A DNA stretch of 63,067 bases, counting the filler, from Anaerolineae bacterium (GTDB lineage: Bacteria; Chloroflexota; Anaerolineae; Epilineales; Epilineaceae), in the NCBI GenBank assembly GCA_029262755.1. It is 8 parts of 8 records of this genome, joined end to end, with 100 filler letters (N's around TTAATTAATTAA, not from the genome) between each part and the next. Parts side by side here need not be neighbours in the genome. Positions count along the whole stretch, not along the records: positions 27,619 to 32,889 come from JAJCYU010000353.1; positions 32,990 to 44,658 come from JAJCYU010000354.1; 6 more parts are not named here. The stretch is one strand, 5' to 3'. Of the stretch, positions 31,604-40,118 are shown piece by piece; position 1 is the stretch's first letter; each line of letters begins with the position of its first letter. The notes below the pieces were generated by a model. The model had not been told where the DNA came from. It made no database searches and saw only the letters and a program-made list of their open reading frames with translations. Made by a program: the position numbers and the translations under genes.

Positions 31604-32398
31604 ATGCGGATCACCGTGCTCGGCGCCGACGCCGTGCGACCGGAGGCGGGAGGTGCGTGTGCGGCGTTCCTGTGCGAGACGGCGAGTGCGCGCTTCCTCG
31701 TGGATTGTGGCGCAGGTGCGGCGGCTCGCCTGCGAAGGCATACGCGCTTGGTGGACCTGGACGGCGTGTTCATATCCCACGCCCATCCGGATCACGCCCT
31801 CGATCTCGTGATGCTGCGGCAGGCTTTGGCCCATGCCCCCGACGATCGGCGCACGGAGCCGCTGCCGATTTGGGCCGGCCCAGAGTGCGTCCGCCGACTC
31901 GAAGCAATCGGGTCGGCATTCCGGTCCGAAGGCGGAGCGGAACGCTACTGGTGGCCGCATCTGGACATACAGACGCTGGATCCCGAGCGCGAGCTGCGTG
32001 TCGGCGACTGTCGGTTGACCTTCGCGCGAACCGAGCACGGCGAACCGTGCCTCGCGCTGCGGGTGGAGGCGACGGAAGTCGCTGACGGCTCGAGGCACTC
32101 GTCCTGGGCGTATACCGCAGACACCGGTCCGAGCGGCGCGGTGACGGCCTTTGTGACGGGTGTCGACGTGCTCGTCGCCGAGGCTACTCTGCCTCATCGT
32201 TCGGGCAACGAGCACGTGAAGGGCCACCTGAGCGCACGCGAGGCCGGCGAAATGGCGGCGCGCGCGGGTGTCGGCCGGCTCGTGCTTTGCCATACCTTTG
32301 CCTCTCACGATCGAAGCGCACTGCGGGCGCGTGCCGCGCAGGCGTGCCCCGGAATCGCGGTCGATGTAGCCGAAGCGGACGACGCGTGGACGCTGTAG
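31604..32398 (+). CDS. MBL-fold metallohydrolase (RNase Z/BN-like)
   Basis: LVDCG, SHAHPDH (HxHxDH), YTADTG, EAT, GHLS, LVLCH. Confidence 0.9.
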   Translation: MRITVLGADAVRPEAGGACAAFLCETASARFLVDCGAGAAARLRRHTRLVDLDGVFISHAHPDHALDLVMLRQALAHAPDDRRTEPLPIWAGPECVRRLEAIGSAFRSEGGAERYWWPHLDIQTLDPERELRVGDCRLTFARTEHGEPCLALRVEATEVADGSRHSSWAYTADTGPSGAVTAFVTGVDVLVAEATLPHRSGNEHVKGHLSAREAGEMAARAGVGRLVLCHTFASHDRSALRARAAQACPGIAVDVAEADDAWTL

Positions 32399-32646
32399 CC
32401 GGCCCGGGCGAGCGCACCATAACTCGTATGGAGCTCGGTCTGCACGATGGGGATCGTCGCCCCGCTTGGATCGCCTGTTTCGGCGTGGTCTACGACGTCA
32501 GCCAGAGCCCCGAATGGCGGGGAGGCCTCCATCGATCGCTCCATTGGGCGGGCCAGGTGCTCGACGAAGAACTCGCGGATGCGCCGCACGGCATCGAGAC
32601 GGTGCAACGCTGCCCGGTCGTAGGCCGCCTGGAAGAGTTCGGCTAA
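32386..32646 (+). CDS. Cytochrome b5-like heme/steroid-binding protein
   Basis: HDG..PAWIACFGVVYDVS..W.GG.H..HWAG..L..APHG..PVVGRL; GTG start overlaps the upstream stop. Confidence 0.85.
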   Translation: MDAVAGPGERTITRMELGLHDGDRRPAWIACFGVVYDVSQSPEWRGGLHRSLHWAGQVLDEELADAPHGIETVQRCPVVGRLEEFG

Positions 32647-32738
32647 GACCGGCACAAAGAACCGGCACGATCGGCCGACCGAACGGCGATTCCAGTCGAC
32701 TGAATCGGCTCGCCGAAGAGCGCGCTCGATGCGTGAAC

Positions 32739-32792
32739 GCGCGTCTCGATTGGGGCGCGCGTCTCAATCGGGCTGCGCATCTCGATCGGGAG
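32739..32792. repeat. Three imperfect 18-bp tandem repeats
   Basis: GCGCGTCTCGATTGGGGC / GCGCGTCTCAATCGGGCT / GCGCATCTCGATCGGGAG. Confidence 0.8.
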
Positions 32793-32889
32793 AAGCAAAA
32801 TTCGTCTCGTGCCGATGTCTGCCGAAGTTCGAAGGCACGAGACTCAGGCCCACCAACCGACCCGCGGACTAAGGAGCGGCTACCGGAGC

Positions 32890-32989
32890 NNNNNNNNNNN
32901 NNNNNNNNNNNNNNNNNNNNNNNNNNNNNNNNNTTAATTAATTAANNNNNNNNNNNNNNNNNNNNNNNNNNNNNNNNNNNNNNNNNNNN
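32890..32989. other. Artificial contig spacer
   Basis: N44-TTAATTAATTAA-N44. Confidence 0.99.
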
Positions 32990-33143
32990 AGAGTGCGCGC
33001 CACCGAGCCGGGTCATCGGATCCGGCGAGTAGCACGTCAGCCGGCGCCGGAGCGATCGCGACCCGCGGACGGTTCCGCGCTCCGTTCGGCTCGCGTGCCG
33101 GATCGACCGGGCTACCTCGCGCCGCGGTCCTCCGATGAGCTTC

Positions 33144-34637
33144 TCACGGCTGGCGTTCGCCCGACAACCGTACCGCGCCCATGCCAAGCCCGACGATCAG
33201 CCACAGGAGGGCGAAGGCATGGGGATAGGTGAAGAAGTAGTGATCGAAGACGCCGCTGACCATGGCCGCGGTGACGGCGGCCATGCAGCCAAGCACGACG
33301 GCGCGCATGCCGTCGGCGTCCATGGTGCGCCAAGCGTGGGTCCAGCGGGCGAAGGCGGCGCCGAGCACGCCGACGAAGATCGTCAAGCCGATGAGCCCCA
33401 TGGACTCCGCGACGATCAGGTACAGGCTCGAGACGCCGCGGTAGATGTCGACGTCGCGCACACCGCCGAAGCCGACGCCGAAGAGCGGATAGCGTCGGAT
33501 GAGGATCATCGCGTCCTTGTACTCGCCAAGGCGCATGATCGTCGATTGGTCCTCCATGCGCAGGCCGTCGGTGAAGTTGGCGACGTAGGCGGCCGTCCAG
33601 GGCAGGAAGCCGGCCACGATCAAGAAGAAGATCCCCGCGGCGGCCGCGATGGCCAGCAGCCGCCGGTCGCGTGCCAGGCCGACCACGCCGAGGCCCGCAG
33701 CCAGCCCGAGCATCGATCCGCGCGAGACCGTCAGCAGGATGGCCGCCGCGATCAGCGCCGCCGCGGCGATGGCGAGGCCGCGTGGCACGATGGGCCGGCG
33801 GCTGACGATCTGCGGCGCGACGAGCGCAGCCATCACGGCCAGGAGGCCGCCGAAGGAATTGGGGTCGATGGAGGTGCCCGTGGCGCGCTGGAGACCAGCG
33901 GGATCGTCGTTGACGTAGCGGATGACGCCGGAGCCCGTGGGGTAGTCGACCACGCGCAGGGAGGAGAGCACGCGCATCTCCAGGGCGTCGGGCAGCCCGT
34001 AGAGGACGAGACCGACGGCCGCCGCCACCGCGCCGAGCCCAACCAGGGCCAAGAACACCCGGCGCAGGGAGGCGCGGTCCGTGATCAGGTTCGCGACGAT
34101 CAGGAACAGGCCCGCGCCCAAGATCAGCTCGCCGAAGACACGGAGTTGGTTGCGGCTCGGCATTCCCTGGCCGAGCCCGGCGAGAAGGCTGACGACCATC
34201 CAGCCGACGAGCAACAGCAGGCCCGCGGACAGGGGGGGCCAACGCAGCGTGGCCTGCTCGCGCGTGGCGAGGCGCCACGCCCAGATGAGGTACAGGGCGC
34301 CCAAGGTGAGATCGAGAAAGGTGGGGTTGAAGCCGACGCCAAGCGGGATCGCGGCGAAGGGCAGCAAGGTGATCACGGCGACCACGCCGAGGAAGGCCAG
34401 GTCGATGCGGCTGAGGATCAGCAGGCCGGCCGAAAGGCCGACCAGCAGCACGAGGGAGATCGCCGGGTGGATCAGGGCGCCGAGCGCGGCCAGCAGCACG
34501 ACGAGCAAGGCGGCGACCGACAGGATCCAGCGCGCCTGCCGTGCCGGCGGCGCGTCGAGCAAACGGTCGAGCACGATCACCCGCGGGCCCTTGAGCGACG
34601 CAACGTCAATGGTACAATCGAGACGCGCGAGCGCCAC
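33144..34637 (-). CDS. O-antigen ligase/Wzy_C-family polytopic membrane protein
   Basis: Many TM helices; RATGTSIDPNSFG, LTVSRGS, RLGEY..A..LI..YPLFGVGFG. True start may be slightly downstream. Confidence 0.88.
   Translation of the reverse strand: MALARLDCTIDVASLKGPRVIVLDRLLDAPPARQARWILSVAALLVVLLAALGALIHPAISLVLLVGLSAGLLILSRIDLAFLGVVAVITLLPFAAIPLGVGFNPTFLDLTLGALYLIWAWRLATREQATLRWPPLSAGLLLLVGWMVVSLLAGLGQGMPSRNQLRVFGELILGAGLFLIVANLITDRASLRRVFLALVGLGAVAAAVGLVLYGLPDALEMRVLSSLRVVDYPTGSGVIRYVNDDPAGLQRATGTSIDPNSFGGLLAVMAALVAPQIVSRRPIVPRGLAIAAAALIAAAILLTVSRGSMLGLAAGLGVVGLARDRRLLAIAAAAGIFFLIVAGFLPWTAAYVANFTDGLRMEDQSTIMRLGEYKDAMILIRRYPLFGVGFGGVRDVDIYRGVSSLYLIVAESMGLIGLTIFVGVLGAAFARWTHAWRTMDADGMRAVVLGCMAAVTAAMVSGVFDHYFFTYPHAFALLWLIVGLGMGAVRLSGERQP
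34610..34618 (+). promoter_or_regulatory. Candidate extended -10 promoter for the S8 protease gene
   Basis: TG-G-TACAAT about 150 nt upstream of ATG 34767. Confidence 0.4.
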
Positions 34638-34766
34638 GCGCTCGGCTTCTGTTCAACCTCCGTCGGACTGGGCACCATCGCACGTTCCTCCGGGCCGGAT
34701 CAAGGACCCATGGTAGCCCAGGAAGCGCGCACCGTCGTCCCCCCGTACCCCTCCCAAGGAGCCACC

Positions 34767-37700
34767 ATGACCAGCCGTCGCTTCGTCGGAATCGTCCTCT
34801 TTGTGTTGCTTGCTTCGGCGATCGTGGGCGCGTCCGGGGTTGCGGCGCAGTCGCCCGGTTCGGAGCCCGCCGCGGCGCCCGCCGCGGGCGACGTGTCGGG
34901 GGCGCCTTCCGCGCAGCAGTCCTTGCGGCGTATCGACCGGGACGAGGGGCCGGCCGGCGGTATGCCCGGCGAGGTGGAGGGGCGGGCTTCCCGCGCGCCG
35001 GAGGCCGCGCCGCGGTCCAGCGCGACGGCGCTCGACCCATGGGGCCCAACGATCGCTGCACTCGGTGTGGCCGAGCGGCCGCTCGGGACAGAGGCGCGGC
35101 GGAAGCTTGGTCCGGGCCTGCAGCTGGCGTATCTGCGGCTGCAGCGCCAAGCGGAGCTCGCGGGGGGACGGCCGGACGCGTCCCACGACGGATCCGAAGA
35201 AGCCCTTGCCGCTCCGCCCGACCAGCCGCGGCATCTCGATCTGGACGGCTGGTCGTCCGGCGGCCGTTCGCGACCCGCAGCGCCGTTGCCCATGGACCCG
35301 AACGCGCCCCTGCGTGTGCTCGTGACCGGCGGCGACGACGCGGAGTTGCGCGGCGCCGGCATGCGCGTTCGTGCGCGTGTCGGCGCCGTCGCGGCCGGTT
35401 GGATTCCAACGGGACAGCTCGACGAGCTGGCGCGCCTTGGCTCGGTGCGGCGCATCGAGCGCCCGGTCCATGATCTCGCGCTCAACGATGAGGGCCGTAT
35501 CGACGTTCGTGCACCGCAGGCCGTGGCAGTGGGCGGCTCACGCGGCGAGGGCGCGCTGATCGGCGTGATCGACAGCGGCATCGACTTCACGCACCCGGCC
35601 TTCCGAGCCGGCGACGGATCCACACGCATCGCGGGGCTGCTGGACCTGGCCTATCCGGGCGACCTGGATGCCGACGGCGTGCTTGACGGACCCGATGCGG
35701 GCGGCGGTACCGTGTATACCCGTGCGGCGATCGATCGAGCGCTGCGGGAAGGCAACGGCAGCGCGTGGCGGTGGGAAGGCCTGCCGGAATCCGTGGCGGC
35801 ACAGGATTTCGTCGCGGCCGAGGTATGGGTGCGCGATCGTACGCCCGTCGAGACCGTCCACGTGCACCTGGACATCTACCACGAAGACCTGGCAGAGCTC
35901 GCCATCACGATCGAGGATCCTGACGGCAACCTCTATGTGCCGGATGCGCTGGCCGCGGCCACGGAACCGCATGTCTTCGCGACCTACTCCGTGCCGCTCG
36001 AGCAAGGAGCTTCCGCCGCGGGCCGGTGGTACCTCTATGTCGACAACCAAACCTCGGAGCAAGGATGGTTGGACTCGTGGGCCGTGTTCATCAACCGCGA
36101 AGTCCATCAGCAGGACTGGAACGGCCACGGCACGCACGTGGCCGCCACGGCCGCCGGTTCCGGCCGCGACGGGCAAGACGATGGGCCGTTGCTCGGGATC
36201 GCGCCGGGTGCGGAGCTACTCGTCGTGCGCGGCGAGCGCTCCGCCGACGGCTTTGCGACCGACGACCAGATCGCGAGCCTGGCGTGGATCGACCGCCAGG
36301 CCGCCGCGTTGGGCCGGCCCTACGTCACGAACATGAGCCTCGGCGGCCACGGCGGGTCCGCGCACGATGGCAGCACGGCGGTCGAGGTCGCGATCGACGG
36401 ACTCGTCGGTCCCGGCCGGCCAGGCAAAGCGGTGGTGATCGCGGCGGGCAACGAGGGCGCCGACTTTCTCCATGCGGGAGAGGCGCTGGGACCGGGCAGC
36501 CCGAGCATCCCCTTCTGGATCGAGGCGGCGGAGGACGAAGACGGCGTTGGGACGACGTGGGCCGAGCTGTGGATCGAGGCCGACGGTCGCACGACGCCGG
36601 GGCTCGGCTTTCCGCACAGCGATTCGGTCCGCTGTTACACGGGCTCGATCCAGGACGGACAGCTCGTGGATGCTAGAGAGGACTGCGACGCCATCACGCG
36701 CTTCGTGGCAGGCAGCACGATCGATATCGTCCTCTTCGACGAAGACGGCGTGGTCAACGTGCTCTGGATGGCGTGGGAGGAAGGACCGACCGCCGATCTG
36801 CTGAGCGTGGAGTGGTACGACTCCGAGAGTTGGTGGGTGCTGTCCGGCGCGTGGTCCTTGCACCTGCCGGGTCTGCGCGGCCGGTGGGACTCCTGGACCT
36901 CCGCCGGGCCCGCCTGTCGTCCCCTCGCCCGCTGCGACAACGAGTCCTCGGTCTCGTCGCCGGGAACCGCGCGCAACGCGCTGACCGTGGGCGCGCACGT
37001 GACGCGCACGGGCTGGCGGGACGAGATGGGCCGCGAACAGGAGATCGAGGAGACGCGCCACGACGTGGCCAGCTTCTCCGCACGCGGACCGACGCGCGAC
37101 GGGCGCATGAAACCGGACCTGAGCGCTCCCGGCGCTGCCATCCTCTCCGCCCGCTCTTCTGCGATCGTGCCATGCCCCTATGGCGCGATGCTCTACTGCT
37201 TCGAGCCGGACGCCGCCATCGCCAGCTCCGTGGATCCCTTGACGTCCCAAAGCGACGGCACGTCGATGGCCGCGCCCATGGCAGCCGGTGCGGTCGCGCT
37301 CATGCTCTCTCTTGAGCCCACGCTCGATGCCGGACAGATCGGCCGGCGGCTGCGCGAAGGGGCCCGTCATGATGCGTTCACGGGCAGTCCTCCGCGGGCC
37401 AACGACTGGGGCGCGGGCAAGCTCGACCTGACGAACGTAATCCAGCCGGCCAGCGGGCCGACGCCGCCCGCGCCGCCCCCGAGCACGCCGACGCCCGATA
37501 TCGGCCCGCGACGGATCGTCGAAACGGCGGGCCTGACCTTCACGGCCATGGAGGACGTGGTCTTCGACGGCCCCGCCACGGGTCGGGGCACGGGCAGGGA
37601 GCCGATCGTGTTGCGCGAGCGGATCACGGGTCCGCGGCCCGTGATTTGGGTGCAGGGCATGGAGGGCATCGAGAACCGTGCCGGCTACGATCCCGAGTTC

Positions 37701-38774
37701 GACGATGACGACGAGGATTGGGTTCTGCCTTCCGTGTGGCTGCGTATGGACGTGGCCAACGCGAGCGGCGAGGCCTGCATCCACTACGATCACGAGCTCC
37801 AGATCCAGCTCGGCCTGCCGAGCGCGGACGACGACGGGGTGTCCTTCGGCCAGGGCGACGCGTGGTTGCGCCCCTACCGCTCCGATCGCTTCGCCTCCGT
37901 CATCGAGGAAACCGAGGCGCGCGACTTCGTGAACTTCACGGACGGTTTGCTACCGGACGGTGAGCGCGGCCTCTTTGAGCTGGTGGCCAGCATGTCCTGG
38001 TTCGGCGAGGCACCCGGCTACGACGGCATCTTCCTCGTCCAGTCCTGCAATCGGGCCGTGGCCACGCCGGACGCGCCGCCCACGGCGGCACCGACACCAC
38101 GCCCCCCTTCGGTGCGCAAGCACGTGGCCTTCCTCCCGGTTGCCCTGAGCGGGCAGCAGTGTCCGCCCGCGGACGTCTTCACGGACATCGCCCTGATCCT
38201 CGATGCGTCGACGACGATGCTCGAGACCGACCCGAGCGGCCGGACGAAGAACGAGCTATCCGTGCAGGCCGCCCGTGCCTTCGTAGACGGTCTGCGCCTG
38301 CGGGACCGCGGACCGAGCGACCAGGTCTCCCTGGTGGCCTTCAACGCGACGAGCACCGTGCTCTCGCCGCTCACCCCGCGCCGCGCAGAGCTCCAATCCG
38401 CGCTCGATACCTTCACACCGATCCAGATGCAGAGCCGCGTCGAGCTGGGCATCTACACGGGCCTTGCCCAACTGGTCGGCGCCAAGCACCGTCGGGCGAA
38501 CCGGCAGGTGATGGTGGTCATCAGCGACGGCAAGGCGAACCCCGTGCCCGGGGAGGAGGCCGTCCAGGCGTCACGCGGCGCGCAGGAGGCCGGTATCGAT
38601 GTCGTGGTGCTCGGGATCGGGCCCGACATGGACGTCGATGTGCTGCGCCGCATGGCCAGCCGGCCGACGGACTTCCACATCGCGCCGAACGCCGCCGCCC
38701 TGACCGGCATCCTCCAACGTATGGCAGCGCATACGATTCCCTGCGATGACCGCATGTACTGGCCGCACCGCTGA
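34767..38774 (+). CDS. Secreted S8 subtilase with inserted P-domain-like module and C-terminal VWA domain
   Basis: AAGGAG RBS; signal peptide ending VAA-Q; triad IGVIDSGID / GHGTHVAATAAG / GTSMAAP; oxyanion AAGNEG; KPDLSAPG; Pro/Thr linkers; AFLPVALS motif; VWA DIALILDASTTM..ISDG. Confidence 0.92.
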   Translation: MTSRRFVGIVLFVLLASAIVGASGVAAQSPGSEPAAAPAAGDVSGAPSAQQSLRRIDRDEGPAGGMPGEVEGRASRAPEAAPRSSATALDPWGPTIAALGVAERPLGTEARRKLGPGLQLAYLRLQRQAELAGGRPDASHDGSEEALAAPPDQPRHLDLDGWSSGGRSRPAAPLPMDPNAPLRVLVTGGDDAELRGAGMRVRARVGAVAAGWIPTGQLDELARLGSVRRIERPVHDLALNDEGRIDVRAPQAVAVGGSRGEGALIGVIDSGIDFTHPAFRAGDGSTRIAGLLDLAYPGDLDADGVLDGPDAGGGTVYTRAAIDRALREGNGSAWRWEGLPESVAAQDFVAAEVWVRDRTPVETVHVHLDIYHEDLAELAITIEDPDGNLYVPDALAAATEPHVFATYSVPLEQGASAAGRWYLYVDNQTSEQGWLDSWAVFINREVHQQDWNGHGTHVAATAAGSGRDGQDDGPLLGIAPGAELLVVRGERSADGFATDDQIASLAWIDRQAAALGRPYVTNMSLGGHGGSAHDGSTAVEVAIDGLVGPGRPGKAVVIAAGNEGADFLHAGEALGPGSPSIPFWIEAAEDEDGVGTTWAELWIEADGRTTPGLGFPHSDSVRCYTGSIQDGQLVDAREDCDAITRFVAGSTIDIVLFDEDGVVNVLWMAWEEGPTADLLSVEWYDSESWWVLSGAWSLHLPGLRGRWDSWTSAGPACRPLARCDNESSVSSPGTARNALTVGAHVTRTGWRDEMGREQEIEETRHDVASFSARGPTRDGRMKPDLSAPGAAILSARSSAIVPCPYGAMLYCFEPDAAIASSVDPLTSQSDGTSMAAPMAAGAVALMLSLEPTLDAGQIGRRLREGARHDAFTGSPPRANDWGAGKLDLTNVIQPASGPTPPAPPPSTPTPDIGPRRIVETAGLTFTAMEDVVFDGPATGRGTGREPIVLRERITGPRPVIWVQGMEGIENRAGYDPEFDDDDEDWVLPSVWLRMDVANASGEACIHYDHELQIQLGLPSADDDGVSFGQGDAWLRPYRSDRFASVIEETEARDFVNFTDGLLPDGERGLFELVASMSWFGEAPGYDGIFLVQSCNRAVATPDAPPTAAPTPRPPSVRKHVAFLPVALSGQQCPPADVFTDIALILDASTTMLETDPSGRTKNELSVQAARAFVDGLRLRDRGPSDQVSLVAFNATSTVLSPLTPRRAELQSALDTFTPIQMQSRVELGIYTGLAQLVGAKHRRANRQVMVVISDGKANPVPGEEAVQASRGAQEAGIDVVVLGIGPDMDVDVLRRMASRPTDFHIAPNAAALTGILQRMAAHTIPCDDRMYWPHR

Positions 38775-39046
38775 GGTTGCCCTGCCGTTCCGACCGCGCC
38801 AAGGGGCGCGGGCGGGACCGCGGCGGGGATGGCGGGTCGAGGGCGCGCAGAGAGGGCATCCGGCTCGGCCCCGTGCGTGGATCGGATGCGAGCGTAGTTC
38901 CTGTGGCCCCGCAACGTCCTGAGTCCGCAGGATGGGAACCGAAGCCCACGAGACCGGGCGCCGCGCAATGAGTCCACCCCCGTGCGGCACCTCTCGTCCC
39001 CGCGGCCGTCCCCGCGTCGGCTTCCGCGGGCATTCGTGGCGTGCTC

Positions 39047-39052
39047 TATAAT
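39047..39052 (+). promoter_or_regulatory. Candidate -10 box for the glutaminyl cyclase pair
   Basis: Perfect TATAAT in GC-rich DNA, 25 nt before ATG 39078, which has a GGAGG RBS. Confidence 0.5.
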
Positions 39053-39077
39053 CGCTCTCCCAACGCGGGAGGAAGGC

Positions 39078-40118
39078 ATGGCCGACGAAGAGGCGGGGCG
39101 TACTCTGGACGATGGCTCGGGGCGCGCGGCGTCGCAGAGCGAAGAGACAGATGCCGCGGCCTCGTCGCAGCGTGCCAAACCATGGCGCGCGACGTTGCCC
39201 ATCGGCCTGCTCGTCTTTGCGGTGGCCGCCGCGCTCGTGTGGTTCCTCGTCGATTCGATCGGCAGCGAGCGTGATCCGGCCGGAGACGGCGCCGAACAGG
39301 CGGACGGCAGCGGGGTCGCCGACGACGCGCCCGACGTGGTCGTGACGCCCTCCGGCCCGGACGAGGCGGGGCGTGCGGCGCGCCTTGTGCCCGAGATCAT
39401 CGCCGAGCACCCGCATGATGCGACCGCCTTTACGCAAGGCCTGCTGCTGCACGATGGTCTGCTCTACGAGAGCACGGGCCTACGCGGGCGCTCGAGCTTG
39501 CGCGAGGTGGAGCTCACCACGGGCAACATTCGCCGCGCCGAGCGCTTGGATGACAGCTTCTTCGGCGAGGGTCTTGCGCTGGCCGGGGAATCCTTCTGGC
39601 AGCTGACGTGGCAGAGCGGCGTTGCCATCCGCTACGACCGCGCGAGCTTCGGGCGCATCGAGATCGTGCGCTACGAGGGTGAAGGCTGGGGCCTTTGCCA
39701 TGACGGAGAGCGCCTGATCATGAGCGACGGCAGCGGCAGCCTCTTCTTCCGCGACCCCGACACCTTCGCCCTCGAAGGCGAGATCGCCGTCACGGTGAAC
39801 GGCGAGCCGACCGAGCGCTTGAACGAGCTGGAGTGCGTCGGCAGCCTGGTTTACGCCAACGTCTGGCAGACGAACAACATCCTCGAGATCGATCCCGGCA
39901 CCGGCGTCGCCGCGGCCGTCATCGATGCAAGCGCGCTCACGGCCCGTGCCGTGGAGCTGGCGACGGCGGACATGGACGTGCTCAACGGCATCGCCTGGGA
40001 CCCGGCCGACGGCGACTTCTACGTCACGGGCAAGCTCTGGCCGGTGATCTTCGAGGTCGACTTCCGCCCCGCGGGCCCAGAATCCAATCCCGACGCCGGC
40101 GGCGCGGCGGACGGATGA
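39078..40118 (+). CDS. Glutaminyl-peptide cyclotransferase (type I, beta-propeller), N-terminal TM anchor
   Basis: PHD..AFTQGL, LYESTG, FGEGL, QLTW, EGWGL, SDGS, LNELE, YANVW, VLNGIAW, VTGKLWP. Confidence 0.95.
   Translation: MADEEAGRTLDDGSGRAASQSEETDAAASSQRAKPWRATLPIGLLVFAVAAALVWFLVDSIGSERDPAGDGAEQADGSGVADDAPDVVVTPSGPDEAGRAARLVPEIIAEHPHDATAFTQGLLLHDGLLYESTGLRGRSSLREVELTTGNIRRAERLDDSFFGEGLALAGESFWQLTWQSGVAIRYDRASFGRIEIVRYEGEGWGLCHDGERLIMSDGSGSLFFRDPDTFALEGEIAVTVNGEPTERLNELECVGSLVYANVWQTNNILEIDPGTGVAAAVIDASALTARAVELATADMDVLNGIAWDPADGDFYVTGKLWPVIFEVDFRPAGPESNPDAGGAADG

Noticed and set aside
33135..34766. First ~544 aa of the 1879-aa ORF
   Set aside because: Antisense shadow of the O-antigen-ligase-family gene. 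The real protease starts at ATG 34767 with an RBS and signal peptide.
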